Below, one piece after another: positions 54,673 through 64,000 of a stretch of 64,000 nt of DNA (its first letter is position 1; every line of letters starts with the position of its first letter). Origin of the DNA: an uncultured Candidatus Saccharibacteria bacterium (GTDB lineage Bacteria; Patescibacteriota; Minisyncoccia; Minisyncoccales; Staskawiczbacteraceae); contig CAYRVC010000004.1 in assembly GCA_964427585.1 (NCBI GenBank), positions 163-64,162 of the forward strand. The letters are read 5' to 3'. The position numbers and the translations under genes are program-made. Below the pieces are notes generated by a model. It saw nothing but the letters and a program-made list of their open reading frames with translations, ran no database searches and had not been told where the DNA came from.

Positions 54673-56502
54673 ATGAGGATCAAGTCATTCATAATCTTAA
54701 CCGCGGCTTTTGGAATTTTATCCCTTTTCGGGGCAGGCGGGGCTTTTGCCGCCCCTTGCGCTTCTTCAAACATAAGATGGGCCAATTCAAGCAACACGGT
54801 TTATATTTCGGGGGGAGTTGCATGCTCTTTGGGCGATATAAAATCTTTGGGGTCAAAATACATTCCATTAACCCTTGTAGATTCAGCTAATAAAGTTTGG
54901 TTCTTAGGAGCGAATATAATTTTGCAGAACGGAGCTGTTTTAACTCTTTACGGAGACGAGGCCGGGGGCGATGTCAATGAATTAAGGCTAAAAAGCAACA
55001 ATAATTCTTTAAGCGATTATGTTAGAATTTCGGGAAGCTGGGGCAATATTGACATAAGAAACACAAAAATAACCTCGTGGGACGAAGCGGTAGCAGGTCC
55101 CGACACTGATTACAGCAACGGAAGGGCACACATAAATGTAAGGTCTTTTTTGGCGAGCGACGGCTCGACTCCATTGGAGTCACGCATGGATATAAAAGAC
55201 AGCGAGGTCGGCTATCTTGGATTTTATAAAGCTGAATCCTACGGCTTAAGTTGGAAAGTGGCAACAAAAAAATTAAGCGTTTTTGACCAGGTAGGAGTTT
55301 ACGGAGATGTCATAAACAATAAAATCCACGATAATTTTTTCGGCATTTATGCTTACGGCGGCCAGGGAATGAATTTTACCGGCAATGAAGTATATGATAA
55401 TATATGGTACGGCATGGACCCTCATGATGATTCAGATTACCTGGTTATAGACAACAATTACGTGCACCACAACGGAAAACACGGCATCATATGCTCTAAA
55501 AGATGCGATAACATAACCGTTGTAAATAATATTTCTTCTTACAATGAGGGGGTTGGCATATTTATCCACCGGTTGGTGAATGATTCTTTGATAGAAAATA
55601 ACGAAGCATATTATAACGCAGATGCCGGGATAGCTTTGTTTGACAGTTATAATAATCGGATTAGCGATAATATTTCAAAGTTTAACAAAATAGGATTAAG
55701 ATTATCCGTGGGGAGCTCCAATAATATTGTTGAAAACAACGAACTTTCCCAAAATTTGCAATATGGAATATTCACATTCAAAGGCACCGATACTCCGCTG
55801 GGAAGCGCCGACGGAATTGTCAAGTCAAATACTTTCAAGAATAATATCATGAGCAAAAACGTAAATGCCGGCATAAGGTTTAAGGAGGGCAATTTTAATT
55901 TGTTTGAAAACAATACCATAGATAACAGCTATTACAGCATTTATACCCACGACACCAGTGAAAATATTTTTATTAAAAATACGGTTTTTGACAATGTGAG
56001 AAATTATTATTTTGAAAGGGTTGATTCCCAAAATATGGTTAAAGATACCCCCGGCTTTTCATTCAAGCTGTATGACAGCTTAAGCGATATGATGGTAGTC
56101 AACAGCCAAAATCGCCTTTTGTGGAACAGCAAAGGCCTGGCAACTGATTTTGTTTCGGGCGAATCGTCTGTTTATGTAAATAAAACTAAAGCAGGCTCAT
56201 CAGTGGTAAACGTTTCTGAAACGAACTTGATAATAAATCCCTCTTCAGGCCAGCTGTCCGCTGTCAGAAGCGTATGGAATTTAACCGGGGATTTCAGAAA
56301 AAAATGGACGGAAAAAGTAATAGTGTCTCCGCCAGCAGCCGACCATGTTGTGGGCGACTTAAATCCTGGATCTTCATACAGGGCGCTGGCCAACGGAGTT
56401 TTGCTGGGAACTTACAGCGCGAATTTGAACGGGGAAATATCATTCACTTACGCAAGTTACGGCTCTGCGGGAACCCAGGTCATATTCGAAGTAAAACAAT
56501 AA
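54673..56502 (+). CDS. secreted parallel beta-helix protein, mannuronan/uronan C5-epimerase-like (AlgG/AlgE-type motif)
   Basis: Signal peptide MRIKSFIILTAAFGILSLFGAGGAFA. NIWYGMDPHDDSDYLVIDNNYVHHNGKHGIICS carries the YG.DPH[DE] motif (DPHD codons ~55417-55428). The N-terminal region is paralogous to the beta-helix part of 51952-54606 (IRNTKITSWDE...PD.xYSxGR). Confidence 0.7.
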   Translation: MRIKSFIILTAAFGILSLFGAGGAFAAPCASSNIRWANSSNTVYISGGVACSLGDIKSLGSKYIPLTLVDSANKVWFLGANIILQNGAVLTLYGDEAGGDVNELRLKSNNNSLSDYVRISGSWGNIDIRNTKITSWDEAVAGPDTDYSNGRAHINVRSFLASDGSTPLESRMDIKDSEVGYLGFYKAESYGLSWKVATKKLSVFDQVGVYGDVINNKIHDNFFGIYAYGGQGMNFTGNEVYDNIWYGMDPHDDSDYLVIDNNYVHHNGKHGIICSKRCDNITVVNNISSYNEGVGIFIHRLVNDSLIENNEAYYNADAGIALFDSYNNRISDNISKFNKIGLRLSVGSSNNIVENNELSQNLQYGIFTFKGTDTPLGSADGIVKSNTFKNNIMSKNVNAGIRFKEGNFNLFENNTIDNSYYSIYTHDTSENIFIKNTVFDNVRNYYFERVDSQNMVKDTPGFSFKLYDSLSDMMVVNSQNRLLWNSKGLATDFVSGESSVYVNKTKAGSSVVNVSETNLIINPSSGQLSAVRSVWNLTGDFRKKWTEKVIVSPPAADHVVGDLNPGSSYRALANGVLLGTYSANLNGEISFTYASYGSAGTQVIFEVKQ

Positions 56503-56506
56503 AATT

Positions 56507-56530
56507 GGGGGGTCTCGGAGACCCTTTTTA
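56507..56530 (+). terminator. terminator-like hairpin
   Basis: gggtc-tcgga-gaccc followed by ttttt. Confidence 0.5.
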
Positions 56531-56593
56531 ATGAAATTTTAATCTTATCTGGTTTAAAATCAGAATTGTGCTATCATAAAATTATCATAAACC

Positions 56594-57271
56594 ATGAAAA
56601 TATTAATTATTGAAGACCAGGAAAATTTAGCCAAACTCTTGAAGAAAGGGTTTGAAAAAGAGGGATACGCGGTGGATTACCTTACGGACGGGGAATCCGG
56701 CCAGAAAAGAATAGAAATCCATTATGAAGATTATGATATAATAATACTGGACTTGATGTTGCCTAAAAAAAGCGGATTTGAAATATGCGGGGAAGTCAGG
56801 AAGCTGAACATCAATACCCCGATACTTATTTTAACGGCAAAAGACTCAGAAGAAGACAAAGTCTCCCTGCTTGATACGGGAGCTGACGACTATTTGGTAA
56901 AACCGTTCAGTTTTTCAGAGCTTCTTGCAAGGGTGAGGGCGCTTGTCAGAAGGCCGAAAATAATGTTGCCTACGGATTTGTCTTTTGGGGGGCTGGTTTT
57001 AAAGCCCGCCACCAAAGCTGTTTTTATGGATGAGAAAGAAATAAAGCTTACCCTCACCGAATTCCGCATTCTGGAATATTTCATGAGAAATCCGGACAGG
57101 GTTTTAGAAAGGGAGGCGATAGCCAACAATATCTGGGATTTTAATTTCGATTCTTTCAGCAATATTATCGACGTATATATAAACAGGCTGAGAAAAAAAA
57201 TCAGCAGGGCTAGCAATAGGAATCTGCTGAAAACAGTGCGGGGAATAGGATATAAAATAACTTCGGCATAA
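56594..57271 (+). CDS. OmpR/PhoB-family response regulator
   Basis: MKILIIEDQENLAKLLKKGFEKEGYAVD...IILDLMLPKKSGFE...LTAKD, plus winged-helix LTLTEFRILEYFMRNPDRVLERE...VRGIGYKI. Confidence 0.95.
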   Translation: MKILIIEDQENLAKLLKKGFEKEGYAVDYLTDGESGQKRIEIHYEDYDIIILDLMLPKKSGFEICGEVRKLNINTPILILTAKDSEEDKVSLLDTGADDYLVKPFSFSELLARVRALVRRPKIMLPTDLSFGGLVLKPATKAVFMDEKEIKLTLTEFRILEYFMRNPDRVLEREAIANNIWDFNFDSFSNIIDVYINRLRKKISRASNRNLLKTVRGIGYKITSA

Positions 57272-57286
57272 AAATAACCAGGCAGG

Positions 57287-58885
57287 TTATTTTTTATTCT
57301 GGGTTTTCACCACCATTCCGGATTTGGGCAATGCCAGGCAAATGGTAGTGCCTTTTTTGTTTTTAGGTTCATGCCAGATCCTTCCTCCAATTTGCTCAAC
57401 AAGGGATTTTACCAAATAAAGACCCAATCCCGTTCCTCCTTCTTTTGAATTTTTTACATTGTCTGCCCGGAACATTTTTTCAAAAATAAAAGGTTGCTGG
57501 TGTCTTGGTACGCCCCAGCCGGTATCGGAAATTTTAATTAAGATTTCTTTTTTTTCTTCGTTTGCTTTAACGCTGATAGCCCCTCCTTTTTCTGTATATT
57601 TGATAGCGTTGGAAAAAATATTTTCCAATATGATTTCCATTATTTTAGGGTCAATTTTTAAAGCAGGAAGATCTTTTTGTATGTTTTTTTTCAATTGCAG
57701 ACCCTTATTTTTAATCTGAGGCATGATTTTGTTTATATTTTCTTCAATGATTTTATTCATGGCCAGCATCTGAGGCGAAATTTCAAAAGTTCCAAGCTCC
57801 ATCCGGGAGACATTTAAGAACAATCCGACAAGGTCGGTCATATTCTTAACGCTTCCCCTTATCATTTTCAAGTATTCCTTGGAATTTTTATGTATTTTAT
57901 CCGACAATTCCCTGGACATCATTTCGGCGGCCAGGCCGATGGAGGATATCGGAGTCTTGAGCTGATGGGCGGCAAAAGAAATAAATTCTTTTTTCGCCGT
58001 ATCCAGTTTTTTATTTTCCGTAATATCCCTTTCTATCACCACGAATGACAAAATTCTCCCTTTGTTGTTTAAAACCGGGGCTATGTGCACTTCAGCCGTA
58101 AAATTTTCCCCGTTTTTTTTCTTGTCTTGCAACTCTCCGAGAAAGGGCTTTTTGCTGAAATATATCGTTCTCCACATTACGCTGAAAAATCCGGCCGGCT
58201 TGTTCATTTTCCAGAATGAAGGTTTTTTCCCGATCATTTCCTTGGGGGAATAGCCCATTATTTCTTTAACCACTTTATTTATGTATATTATTTTTCCCTC
58301 CGGGTCGATTATCAAAATAATATCGGAGGCGTTTTCAACCGCTTGCTGTATTATTTTCAGTTCATTGGCAAGGTCCTCTGTTTTTTTATTTTCTTTGGTT
58401 ATTCGAGACAAAAGCTGTTCCCTTTCAGCCTCGCCTTTTTTGATTTTAGTTATATCCCTGGCAATGTGGATTGAGCCTATTATCTGATTTTCCTTGTTTT
58501 TCATCGGGGTGGTGGTTATCAAAAAATCGGCAGGAGGATTATTTTGATGCACTTGCGAGGTATGCTCTTTTCCGTCTGAAAGGGTAAGCTTGTGCGGGCA
58601 AAGAAGCGGCGCAGAGCATAATCCATGCATGGATTCATGGCAGGTGAGGCCAACGCAGTCTTCCGGTTTTTTTCCTAATTTATTCGCGAGCGCCTTGTTC
58701 ACCCAGGATACTTTGAAATTTTTATCTATAATAGCCATCAGGTCGGGAACCGTGTTGAAGATAAGCTCCCATTCATTTTCAATACGGATGAATTGGTCTT
58801 TTATTTGTTTATGCCCTGTTTCAAAATCAGCAACTTCCAATTGCTTTTGGATCAGCTCAATTTTTTTACTTTTTCCGTTTTCCAT
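57287..58885 (-). CDS. cytoplasmic PAS-domain sensor histidine kinase
   Basis: Two PAS-like segments, H-box FISFAAHQLKTPISSI, N/G boxes (NAIKYTEKGG, DTGWGVP, GGTGLGLYLVKSLV). No TM segments. Confidence 0.9.
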   Translation of the reverse strand: MENGKSKKIELIQKQLEVADFETGHKQIKDQFIRIENEWELIFNTVPDLMAIIDKNFKVSWVNKALANKLGKKPEDCVGLTCHESMHGLCSAPLLCPHKLTLSDGKEHTSQVHQNNPPADFLITTTPMKNKENQIIGSIHIARDITKIKKGEAEREQLLSRITKENKKTEDLANELKIIQQAVENASDIILIIDPEGKIIYINKVVKEIMGYSPKEMIGKKPSFWKMNKPAGFFSVMWRTIYFSKKPFLGELQDKKKNGENFTAEVHIAPVLNNKGRILSFVVIERDITENKKLDTAKKEFISFAAHQLKTPISSIGLAAEMMSRELSDKIHKNSKEYLKMIRGSVKNMTDLVGLFLNVSRMELGTFEISPQMLAMNKIIEENINKIMPQIKNKGLQLKKNIQKDLPALKIDPKIMEIILENIFSNAIKYTEKGGAISVKANEEKKEILIKISDTGWGVPRHQQPFIFEKMFRADNVKNSKEGGTGLGLYLVKSLVEQIGGRIWHEPKNKKGTTICLALPKSGMVVKTQNKK

Positions 58886-58997
58886 ATATATTCAGCTTTT
58901 ATATCTGTTATTGGTTTCAATTTTCACGATATTTTTAACAAAAGATGTTATTCTTAATTTTGTAAAGGTCGGGGAATAATAAATAACAATAAATATT

Positions 58998-59261
58998 ATG
59001 AAAAAACAATTTCTTGTTGAAATCCCGCATACCAAAGAAGAGTGCATGATGGCAATGGACGAAATGCTGGGAATGGGAGAAGGTGTTCTTGCCCAATTCG
59101 TGTGGGGATGCCAGTTCGGCGAGCACAAAGGCTGGGCCATAATCGATGAGGACAGCCCGGAAGAAGCCCTTAAAAATATTCCTTCATTTTTAAGGGATAA
59201 GGCAAGGGCGCAGGAAGTAAGCGAAATAACGAAAGAGCAGTTGAAAACACTTCATGAATGA
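58998..59261 (+). CDS. hypothetical protein
   Basis: 87-aa ORF followed by a terminator hairpin at ~59278-59306. Confidence 0.5.
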   Translation: MKKQFLVEIPHTKEECMMAMDEMLGMGEGVLAQFVWGCQFGEHKGWAIIDEDSPEEALKNIPSFLRDKARAQEVSEITKEQLKTLHE

Positions 59262-59303
59262 CAACGCCTTTTAAAAAACAGCTCTTCAAAAAGGGCTGTT
59301 TTT

Positions 59304-59555
59304 TTATCTTGCTTCAGAATTGATAGCCGGTTTTATGGCGTTGAATGGCGAATACGGACTGTATATTACGACCTCCGATGGCTTTTGAACGCCATCGCTT
59401 AAAAGGGCGGTATAGCGGGTAGTCTGGTCTTCAACTACATTGCGGTCTGTGGTTTTGGCGTCAAAAAATTGGAATGCCAAAAATCCAAAAACAATTATGC
59501 CGGTAAAGAATACGGAAGCGGCAAATAATTTGATTATTTTATTGATTAATGCCAT
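59304..59555 (-). CDS. small membrane-anchored hypothetical protein
   Basis: 83 aa with one N-terminal TM (LFAASVFFTGIIVFGFLAFQFF). Confidence 0.4.
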   Translation of the reverse strand: MALINKIIKLFAASVFFTGIIVFGFLAFQFFDAKTTDRNVVEDQTTRYTALLSDGVQKPSEVVIYSPYSPFNAIKPAINSEAR

Positions 59556-59601
59556 ATATCCATATTACATAATAAACTTTTTTTGGCAATCTTTTCTTTA
59601 T

Positions 59602-59895
59602 TTATTCCACGATCTTGAATATTTCCCTTTTGCCTGTTTGATAAAGTTCGGTATAAGCTGGAGGCTTGTCGGATTTTGCTTTAGATTGTTCTTTTTTCCA
59701 GTCTTCCATCATTTTATCAAAATCAGCCAGGCTTTCTATTTCATATTCAACCACAATTTTATTGTAACTGGTCACAAAATCAAGCATTACATGGCCCTTG
59801 AATCCCTCCCACTTGTCCATCTCTTCCTTCATTATTTTCGCCAGTTTTCCGGCGTGCCCCGGTTTTGCTATGAATGTTTCTTTTACAATAAGCAT
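59602..59895 (-). CDS. hypothetical protein (small alpha/beta, ferredoxin-like by inference)
   Basis: 97-aa ORF. The overlapping + strand ORF 59440-59931 is low-complexity and rejected. Confidence 0.5.
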   Translation of the reverse strand: MLIVKETFIAKPGHAGKLAKIMKEEMDKWEGFKGHVMLDFVTSYNKIVVEYEIESLADFDKMMEDWKKEQSKAKSDKPPAYTELYQTGKREIFKIVE

Positions 59896-60024
59896 AGTTT
59901 TTTATTTTTTTCGCCTGAATACCTCAGCTAAAGCGGCCGGGTGTTCCAGCAAAAAATTTTTATAGCTTGTCGCGAATTAATTCGACCTTTTTTTAGTCGC
60001 CGTTTTCAATCCTATCTCAAACTG

Positions 60025-60366
60025 TCAGGAGGCGGTTGATACTCCAATCCACGAGCTTATCACTCCGAATATTGAAGCCGCGATAAGAAGAAGCACGATT
60101 CCAACTATTACATATAGAACAGTCTGCCTGGCCGCGGCCACTCTTTCCGGATTCCCCGCTGCCGTCATAAACATAACAGCCGCTATTATCAGCATGACTA
60201 TTATTATCGCTTCGCCTATCGTATAAAGCGTTCCTGTGACGAAGGCCACCAGGGAGTCCCAGCTTAAGCCGGTAGGGGGCTGTTTTGGCGGCGCGGCCAT
60301 AGTAATAATCGGAAGTCCGATGATAGCTGCTATAAACAGCGCGGACGCTATTTTTCGTATCTCCAT
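60025..60366 (-). CDS. TrbC/VirB2-like pilin-type membrane protein (tentative)
   Basis: 113 aa with a signal-like N-terminus and then two long hydrophobic helices separated by MTAAGNPERVAAARQ, the topology typical of T4SS pilins common in CPR. Confidence 0.45.
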   Translation of the reverse strand: MEIRKIASALFIAAIIGLPIITMAAPPKQPPTGLSWDSLVAFVTGTLYTIGEAIIIVMLIIAAVMFMTAAGNPERVAAARQTVLYVIVGIVLLLIAASIFGVISSWIGVSTAS

Positions 60367-60589
60367 TTTTTATCCGAAGAATTTATTATTTTTTTAAATT
60401 TAAAAATTTTAATTCATCGGCGTAAATTTTTTTTACATCTTATATTTTAAAGAACATGTATTAAAACAGTATGAAAAAAGGCGGCAGTATTCAATAACCG
60501 CGTTTAATTAATTCTATTTTCATTTAGTTTTGTTATATTGTCAGCTGTAAACGCGGAAAAGGTAATAGTATTAAAATTTACAAATATAT

Positions 60590-61015
60590 ATGAGAAACAA
60601 TTTTTATTCGACAATTTTTTTGTCTTTAACCGTGGCAGGGATGATTCTGTTTCCTTTTGTCTCAAAGGCAGAAACAATAATGGTATCTCAAGATGTTTTA
60701 AACAAATTGAGCCAGGCCTTCTATTCAATGTCTTCAATAGTTTCCGTCACTGCTGTAAAGGCGCAGAGTGAAGATGCAAGGCTGAATCAGCATTCGCAGG
60801 AATTTTCCAAACTGATAAGCGAAGCCTCGATGCTTCAAAGCGCCCCTGCTCTTGAGCGCCAGCAAAAAATAGGCGACATGCTGCAAAGGCTGTCTCTGAT
60901 TTCACAGGACATAAGGGCAATCCATACTGCCCGCGTCCAGAGGTCGCTGGTTTTAAGCAACATAAATAATATTCTGGGCAATATCGCGGACATTTTAAGG
61001 CAATCAAGGCAATAA
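60590..61015 (+). CDS. hypothetical secreted protein
   Basis: 141 aa with an N-terminal signal/TM (STIFLSLTVAGMILFPFVSKA). Confidence 0.5.
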   Translation: MRNNFYSTIFLSLTVAGMILFPFVSKAETIMVSQDVLNKLSQAFYSMSSIVSVTAVKAQSEDARLNQHSQEFSKLISEASMLQSAPALERQQKIGDMLQRLSLISQDIRAIHTARVQRSLVLSNINNILGNIADILRQSRQ

Positions 61016-61030
61016 ATTGGGAATTTAAAA

Positions 61031-61381
61031 ATGGACACTATTTTAATAATTTTGATAAATCTTGTAATAATAGCGGCGGCCGTTGCGGTTTCAGCATACA
61101 TAATTCCGGGAGTGAGCGTGGCAGGATTTTTAAGCGCCCTGTTGGTGGCTCTGGTGCTGGGATTATTTAACGCGTCAATAAGGCCGCTGCTGATTCTTTT
61201 TACTTTGCCGATAAACATACTTACTTTCGGCCTTTTTACAATTATTATAAATGCCTCTCTCATACTGCTGGCCTCGGCGATAGTGCCGGGCTTTAAAGTT
61301 TCCGGCTTCTGGACGGCTTTGCTGTTCAGCATCGTGCTTGCCATAGTCCTTTACATAATAAACGTGTTTGTCCAGCCTTGA
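61031..61381 (+). CDS. 4-TM phage-holin-family (YvlD/PF04020-like) membrane protein
   Basis: IPGVSVAGFLSALLVALVLGLFNASIRPLLILFTLPINILTFGLFTIIINASLILLAS. Paralogue of 8584-8976. Confidence 0.7.
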   Translation: MDTILIILINLVIIAAAVAVSAYIIPGVSVAGFLSALLVALVLGLFNASIRPLLILFTLPINILTFGLFTIIINASLILLASAIVPGFKVSGFWTALLFSIVLAIVLYIINVFVQP

Positions 61382-61392
61382 ATTTTTAAAAC

Positions 61393-61424
61393 AAAACGCC
61401 TTCTGAAGAAGGCGTTTTGTTTGT
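61393..61424 (+). terminator. rho-independent terminator
   Basis: aaaacgccttc-tgaa-gaaggcgtttt followed by gtttgttt. Confidence 0.7.
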
Positions 61425-61535
61425 TTGGCTAAAATTCAAACTGTGGATAACTTTGTCTTTATTTAATTCTTGACAATATCTATAATAAATAGAATATATA
61501 AAAATCTATATTCATAATAATACTGAAATATTTTT

Positions 61536-64000
61536 ATGCATGCAAAAACAATTTTTAAAATATTAAAACTTGCCCCGCTGGCGGGCTTTTTATTTCTTTT
61601 TTTGACCTTTGGCCGCAACGCAGAGGCCTTGCAGTTTCCCAGGGGAGACAGGAATTATACCGCCGCCTTGTCTGCGGTAGCCGCCGAAGAAGCCAAAGAA
61701 GATTTGAATATAGATGAAAAAATAAACCTGGATGAAAATTTAAATCCCGAGGATTTCGGGCTGAACAAGGTGGGGATGCTGCCTGACAGCCCTTTTTATT
61801 TTTTAAAAAACATAAGGCGGGGAGTCAACAGCTTTTTCACTTTTGACCCGGCAAAAAAAACCGAGCTGAAAATGCGGTTCGCGGCGGAAAAATTATTGGA
61901 AGTAAAAACTCTGGCAGAAAGGGAAAATATTGACAATGAAGACATCAGGAAGGGTTTGGATAACTTCAACGGAGAAATAGAAAGGATAAAAAAGGGAGCA
62001 AAAACAACGGCAGGGAGGGCGACGGGCGAACAGTCGGAGGAGCTTGCCAGGAAATTGGTGGATTCAGTGGTAAAATACGAGAAATTTTTAGGCAAACTGG
62101 AAAAAGATCTGCCATCAGAAGTCTTTGAAGACATAAAAGAAACCAAAGACGGAACCGCCGAGGCGTTTAGCGCAGTTTTTGATTTAGTCAAGACGGAAAC
62201 AGCTTCAGAGCAGATTATGGAAGTTTTAGACTGGCAAAAAGGCTCGGAATTCAAGCATTTTAAAAACCTGGAAGTGCTAAAAGAAATTGAGGAAAAAGCG
62301 CCGAAAGAGGCAAAAGGCGCCATAAAACTGGCCCAGGAGAACGCCTTTAGCAGGCTGCAGAATGAGTTGGAAAAGTTTGAAAGCACGAAAAAAGCCATTT
62401 TTGAAGATTTTATCAAGGATATCGGGGGCAGCGAGGTAAGACACTTGGAAATCATCAACGAACTGGAGGTCCGGCCTATTTCCGACGATTTGAGGAAGGC
62501 GGTGCTTTTAGCCAAGGAAGAAGCCATTTTGAAAACAGAAAACCGCCTGGCCAATCTTACCACCTCTTCCCAAAAAGAAAAATATTTGGAGCATATCGGC
62601 CAGGGCAGGTTTCAGGACATGAGAATAATAAAAGAACTGGAAAATAATATTTCCGAAGGGGTGATGTCGGGGCTGTCTGATATTAAAAACAAGGCCAAAA
62701 CTGAATTTGTTAAAAAATTTGAAAATATAGACGGGAATGAAAGCCAGAAGAAAGAATTTTATGATAACGTGGAGCGATTCCACGATGTAAAATCCCTGTC
62801 GGTTTTTGATGAAATGGAGGCGTTGATTCCGCAGGATAAAAAAGATTTTTTTATTTTTTTAAAGCAAAGAGCCACAGATGAAATGAAAAAAGACATTGAG
62901 CGGGTAAGAAACGAGGAGCAGAAAAGAATCGTTTTCAACTCTTTGGCCGGAGACCATCCTGAAAATTTTGAATTCGTAGGGCAAGCCGGCAAAAAAGAAG
63001 GGTTTTACGGGTTTACCAATGAAATTATGGAAGGCTTGCAGAGAGCCCAATACCAAAAGGTTCAGGAGCGGGTTGAAAACATTAAAGACAAGGAAAGGCT
63101 GTTGAAATACGAAGAAGGGTTCAAACAAAAAGAAGATTATTTTAAAGCGGCTCCAAGCGATTTTCAGGGTATTTTGAATACTTTTCAAGAAAAAAGAGGT
63201 ATTTTTGAATCTCCCGACAGGGTTTGGAATAAAATAAGGGAAGCGGAAAACGCAACAGCTGAATTAAGGACAATAATAGAAACTCTTCCAATTGACTTAA
63301 CATATGAGCAGGGAAGGTTTGACGCCACTCTCAAAAATATAGAAGGGAGCCTGGCTTTCGCGGAAAAAAAAGTGGAAACCGCAAAAATGGCTGCTGAATA
63401 CAATGATATTGGCCGCAGCTTCGGAGATGCCAATTCAGCCCTTAATATAGCAAGAAAAGGCATGGACATGGCGAGGCAGTTCAAATCTGGCACAAAGCAG
63501 ATGCCCGAAAAGCCGCCGGAGTTTCTGCCTCAGGATTTTTACGAGCCTTCCAAGTCCGCCGAGTCGGTTGAAATAAATTATTCCTCAAGAAATCAAAAAG
63601 AATACCGGCTTTACAATCCCAACGAGTTTTCGCAATTTTGTTTCCATGTTAAAGGATTTTTAAAAGGGCCATTGATTTGCGTTATGCCTGATAGCAGGGT
63701 ATTTGACGCATCCGGCAAGGATTTCCCGATGATTATCCCGGCCGAGTTTATTCCTTATAAAGTGGCTCCTGTTCAAAATTCCGAATTGCCGCAAGGCGAA
63801 AGATTAAAAGAATGTCCGCTGGTTTATGCTCCTTCCGGAGATTTTTGTCCTAACGGCAGAATTGTCAGGGATACGGATAGATACGGATGTCCTATGCCTC
63901 CCAGATGCGAGATAGGAAAACCGGTTCCAATTCCCGAACAGCCTCAAGCTTGCATGATAATCTGGACCGGATATGTTTTTGATGCCAATAAGAATTTCTG
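61536..64000 (+). CDS. large secreted DUF5667-like domain protein, 3' end beyond the window
   Basis: Hand translation; not in the ORF track because there is no stop in the window. ATG at 61536, signal peptide MHAKTIFKILKLAPLAGFLFLFLTFGRNAEA, then LPDSPFYFLKNIRRGVNSFFTFDPAKKTELKMRFAAEKLLE. The frame stays open for 821 codons to position 64000, with a Cys-rich C-terminal part. The minus-strand ORFs at 61796-63493 are antisense artefacts. Confidence 0.75.
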   Translation, partial: MHAKTIFKILKLAPLAGFLFLFLTFGRNAEALQFPRGDRNYTAALSAVAAEEAKEDLNIDEKINLDENLNPEDFGLNKVGMLPDSPFYFLKNIRRGVNSFFTFDPAKKTELKMRFAAEKLLEVKTLAERENIDNEDIRKGLDNFNGEIERIKKGAKTTAGRATGEQSEELARKLVDSVVKYEKFLGKLEKDLPSEVFEDIKETKDGTAEAFSAVFDLVKTETASEQIMEVLDWQKGSEFKHFKNLEVLKEIEEKAPKEAKGAIKLAQENAFSRLQNELEKFESTKKAIFEDFIKDIGGSEVRHLEIINELEVRPISDDLRKAVLLAKEEAILKTENRLANLTTSSQKEKYLEHIGQGRFQDMRIIKELENNISEGVMSGLSDIKNKAKTEFVKKFENIDGNESQKKEFYDNVERFHDVKSLSVFDEMEALIPQDKKDFFIFLKQRATDEMKKDIERVRNEEQKRIVFNSLAGDHPENFEFVGQAGKKEGFYGFTNEIMEGLQRAQYQKVQERVENIKDKERLLKYEEGFKQKEDYFKAAPSDFQGILNTFQEKRGIFESPDRVWNKIREAENATAELRTIIETLPIDLTYEQGRFDATLKNIEGSLAFAEKKVETAKMAAEYNDIGRSFGDANSALNIARKGMDMARQFKSGTKQMPEKPPEFLPQDFYEPSKSAESVEINYSSRNQKEYRLYNPNEFSQFCFHVKGFLKGPLICVMPDSRVFDASGKDFPMIIPAEFIPYKVAPVQNSELPQGERLKECPLVYAPSGDFCPNGRIVRDTDRYGCPMPPRCEIGKPVPIPEQPQACMIIWTGYVFDANKNF

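Noticed and set aside
61796-63493. Minus-strand ORFs 61796-62563, 62508-62783, 62759-62992, 62859-63188 and 63185-63493
   Set aside because: They are Ser/Phe/Lys-rich low-complexity translations antisense to a single uninterrupted plus-strand ORF (61536 to beyond 64000) with a signal peptide and a DUF5667-like motif.

Overview
The window looks like a stretch of a small, low-GC genome. By inference it resembles a CPR/Patescibacteria-type bacterium, based on compact genes, a DUF5667-like secreted protein, PaaX/Cas2-like, LOG and cupin-PGI genes, and TrbC-like pilin and VirD4-like ATPase genes. The standard genetic code fits. Housekeeping genes include trpS, rnj, secG, uvrC, uvrA, groES-groEL, lemA-htpX, deoC, dnaG-rpoD, a malic enzyme, two tRNAs and an OmpR/PAS-kinase pair. 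The main result is at about 18.4-27.1 kb, a diversity-generating retroelement (DGR). A 117-nt template repeat (26404-26520) matches the 3' ends of two paralogous ORFs (VR1 21943-22059, VR2 25898-26014). VR1 differs at 16 positions and VR2 at 15, and every difference falls on a template adenine. The adjacent reverse transcriptase keeps only motif 5 (YGDD) onward, so it appears 5'-truncated. Both diversified genes lack signal peptides. They sit in a tight cassette with an HExxH+VWA protein, an AAA_5/MoxR-like ATPase and a degenerate AAA-like protein, which suggests an undescribed intracellular DGR-diversified NTPase system. Other notable items: a surface-polysaccharide locus (46-56.5 kb) with a GT2-LysM-beta-helix fusion, a DPHD-motif C5-epimerase-like protein and a GC-rich sugar dehydrogenase; a restriction-modification pair plus a SEC-C/nuclease-like gene next to tRNA-Ser; a head-to-head junction of two 5'-truncated genes at about 740-785; related 36-nt palindromes flanking a PaaX-like gene; and a dispersed A/T-rich short-repeat family that also occurs in frame inside uvrA and uvrC. 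All hand-derived coordinates are approximate (+/- a few nt).
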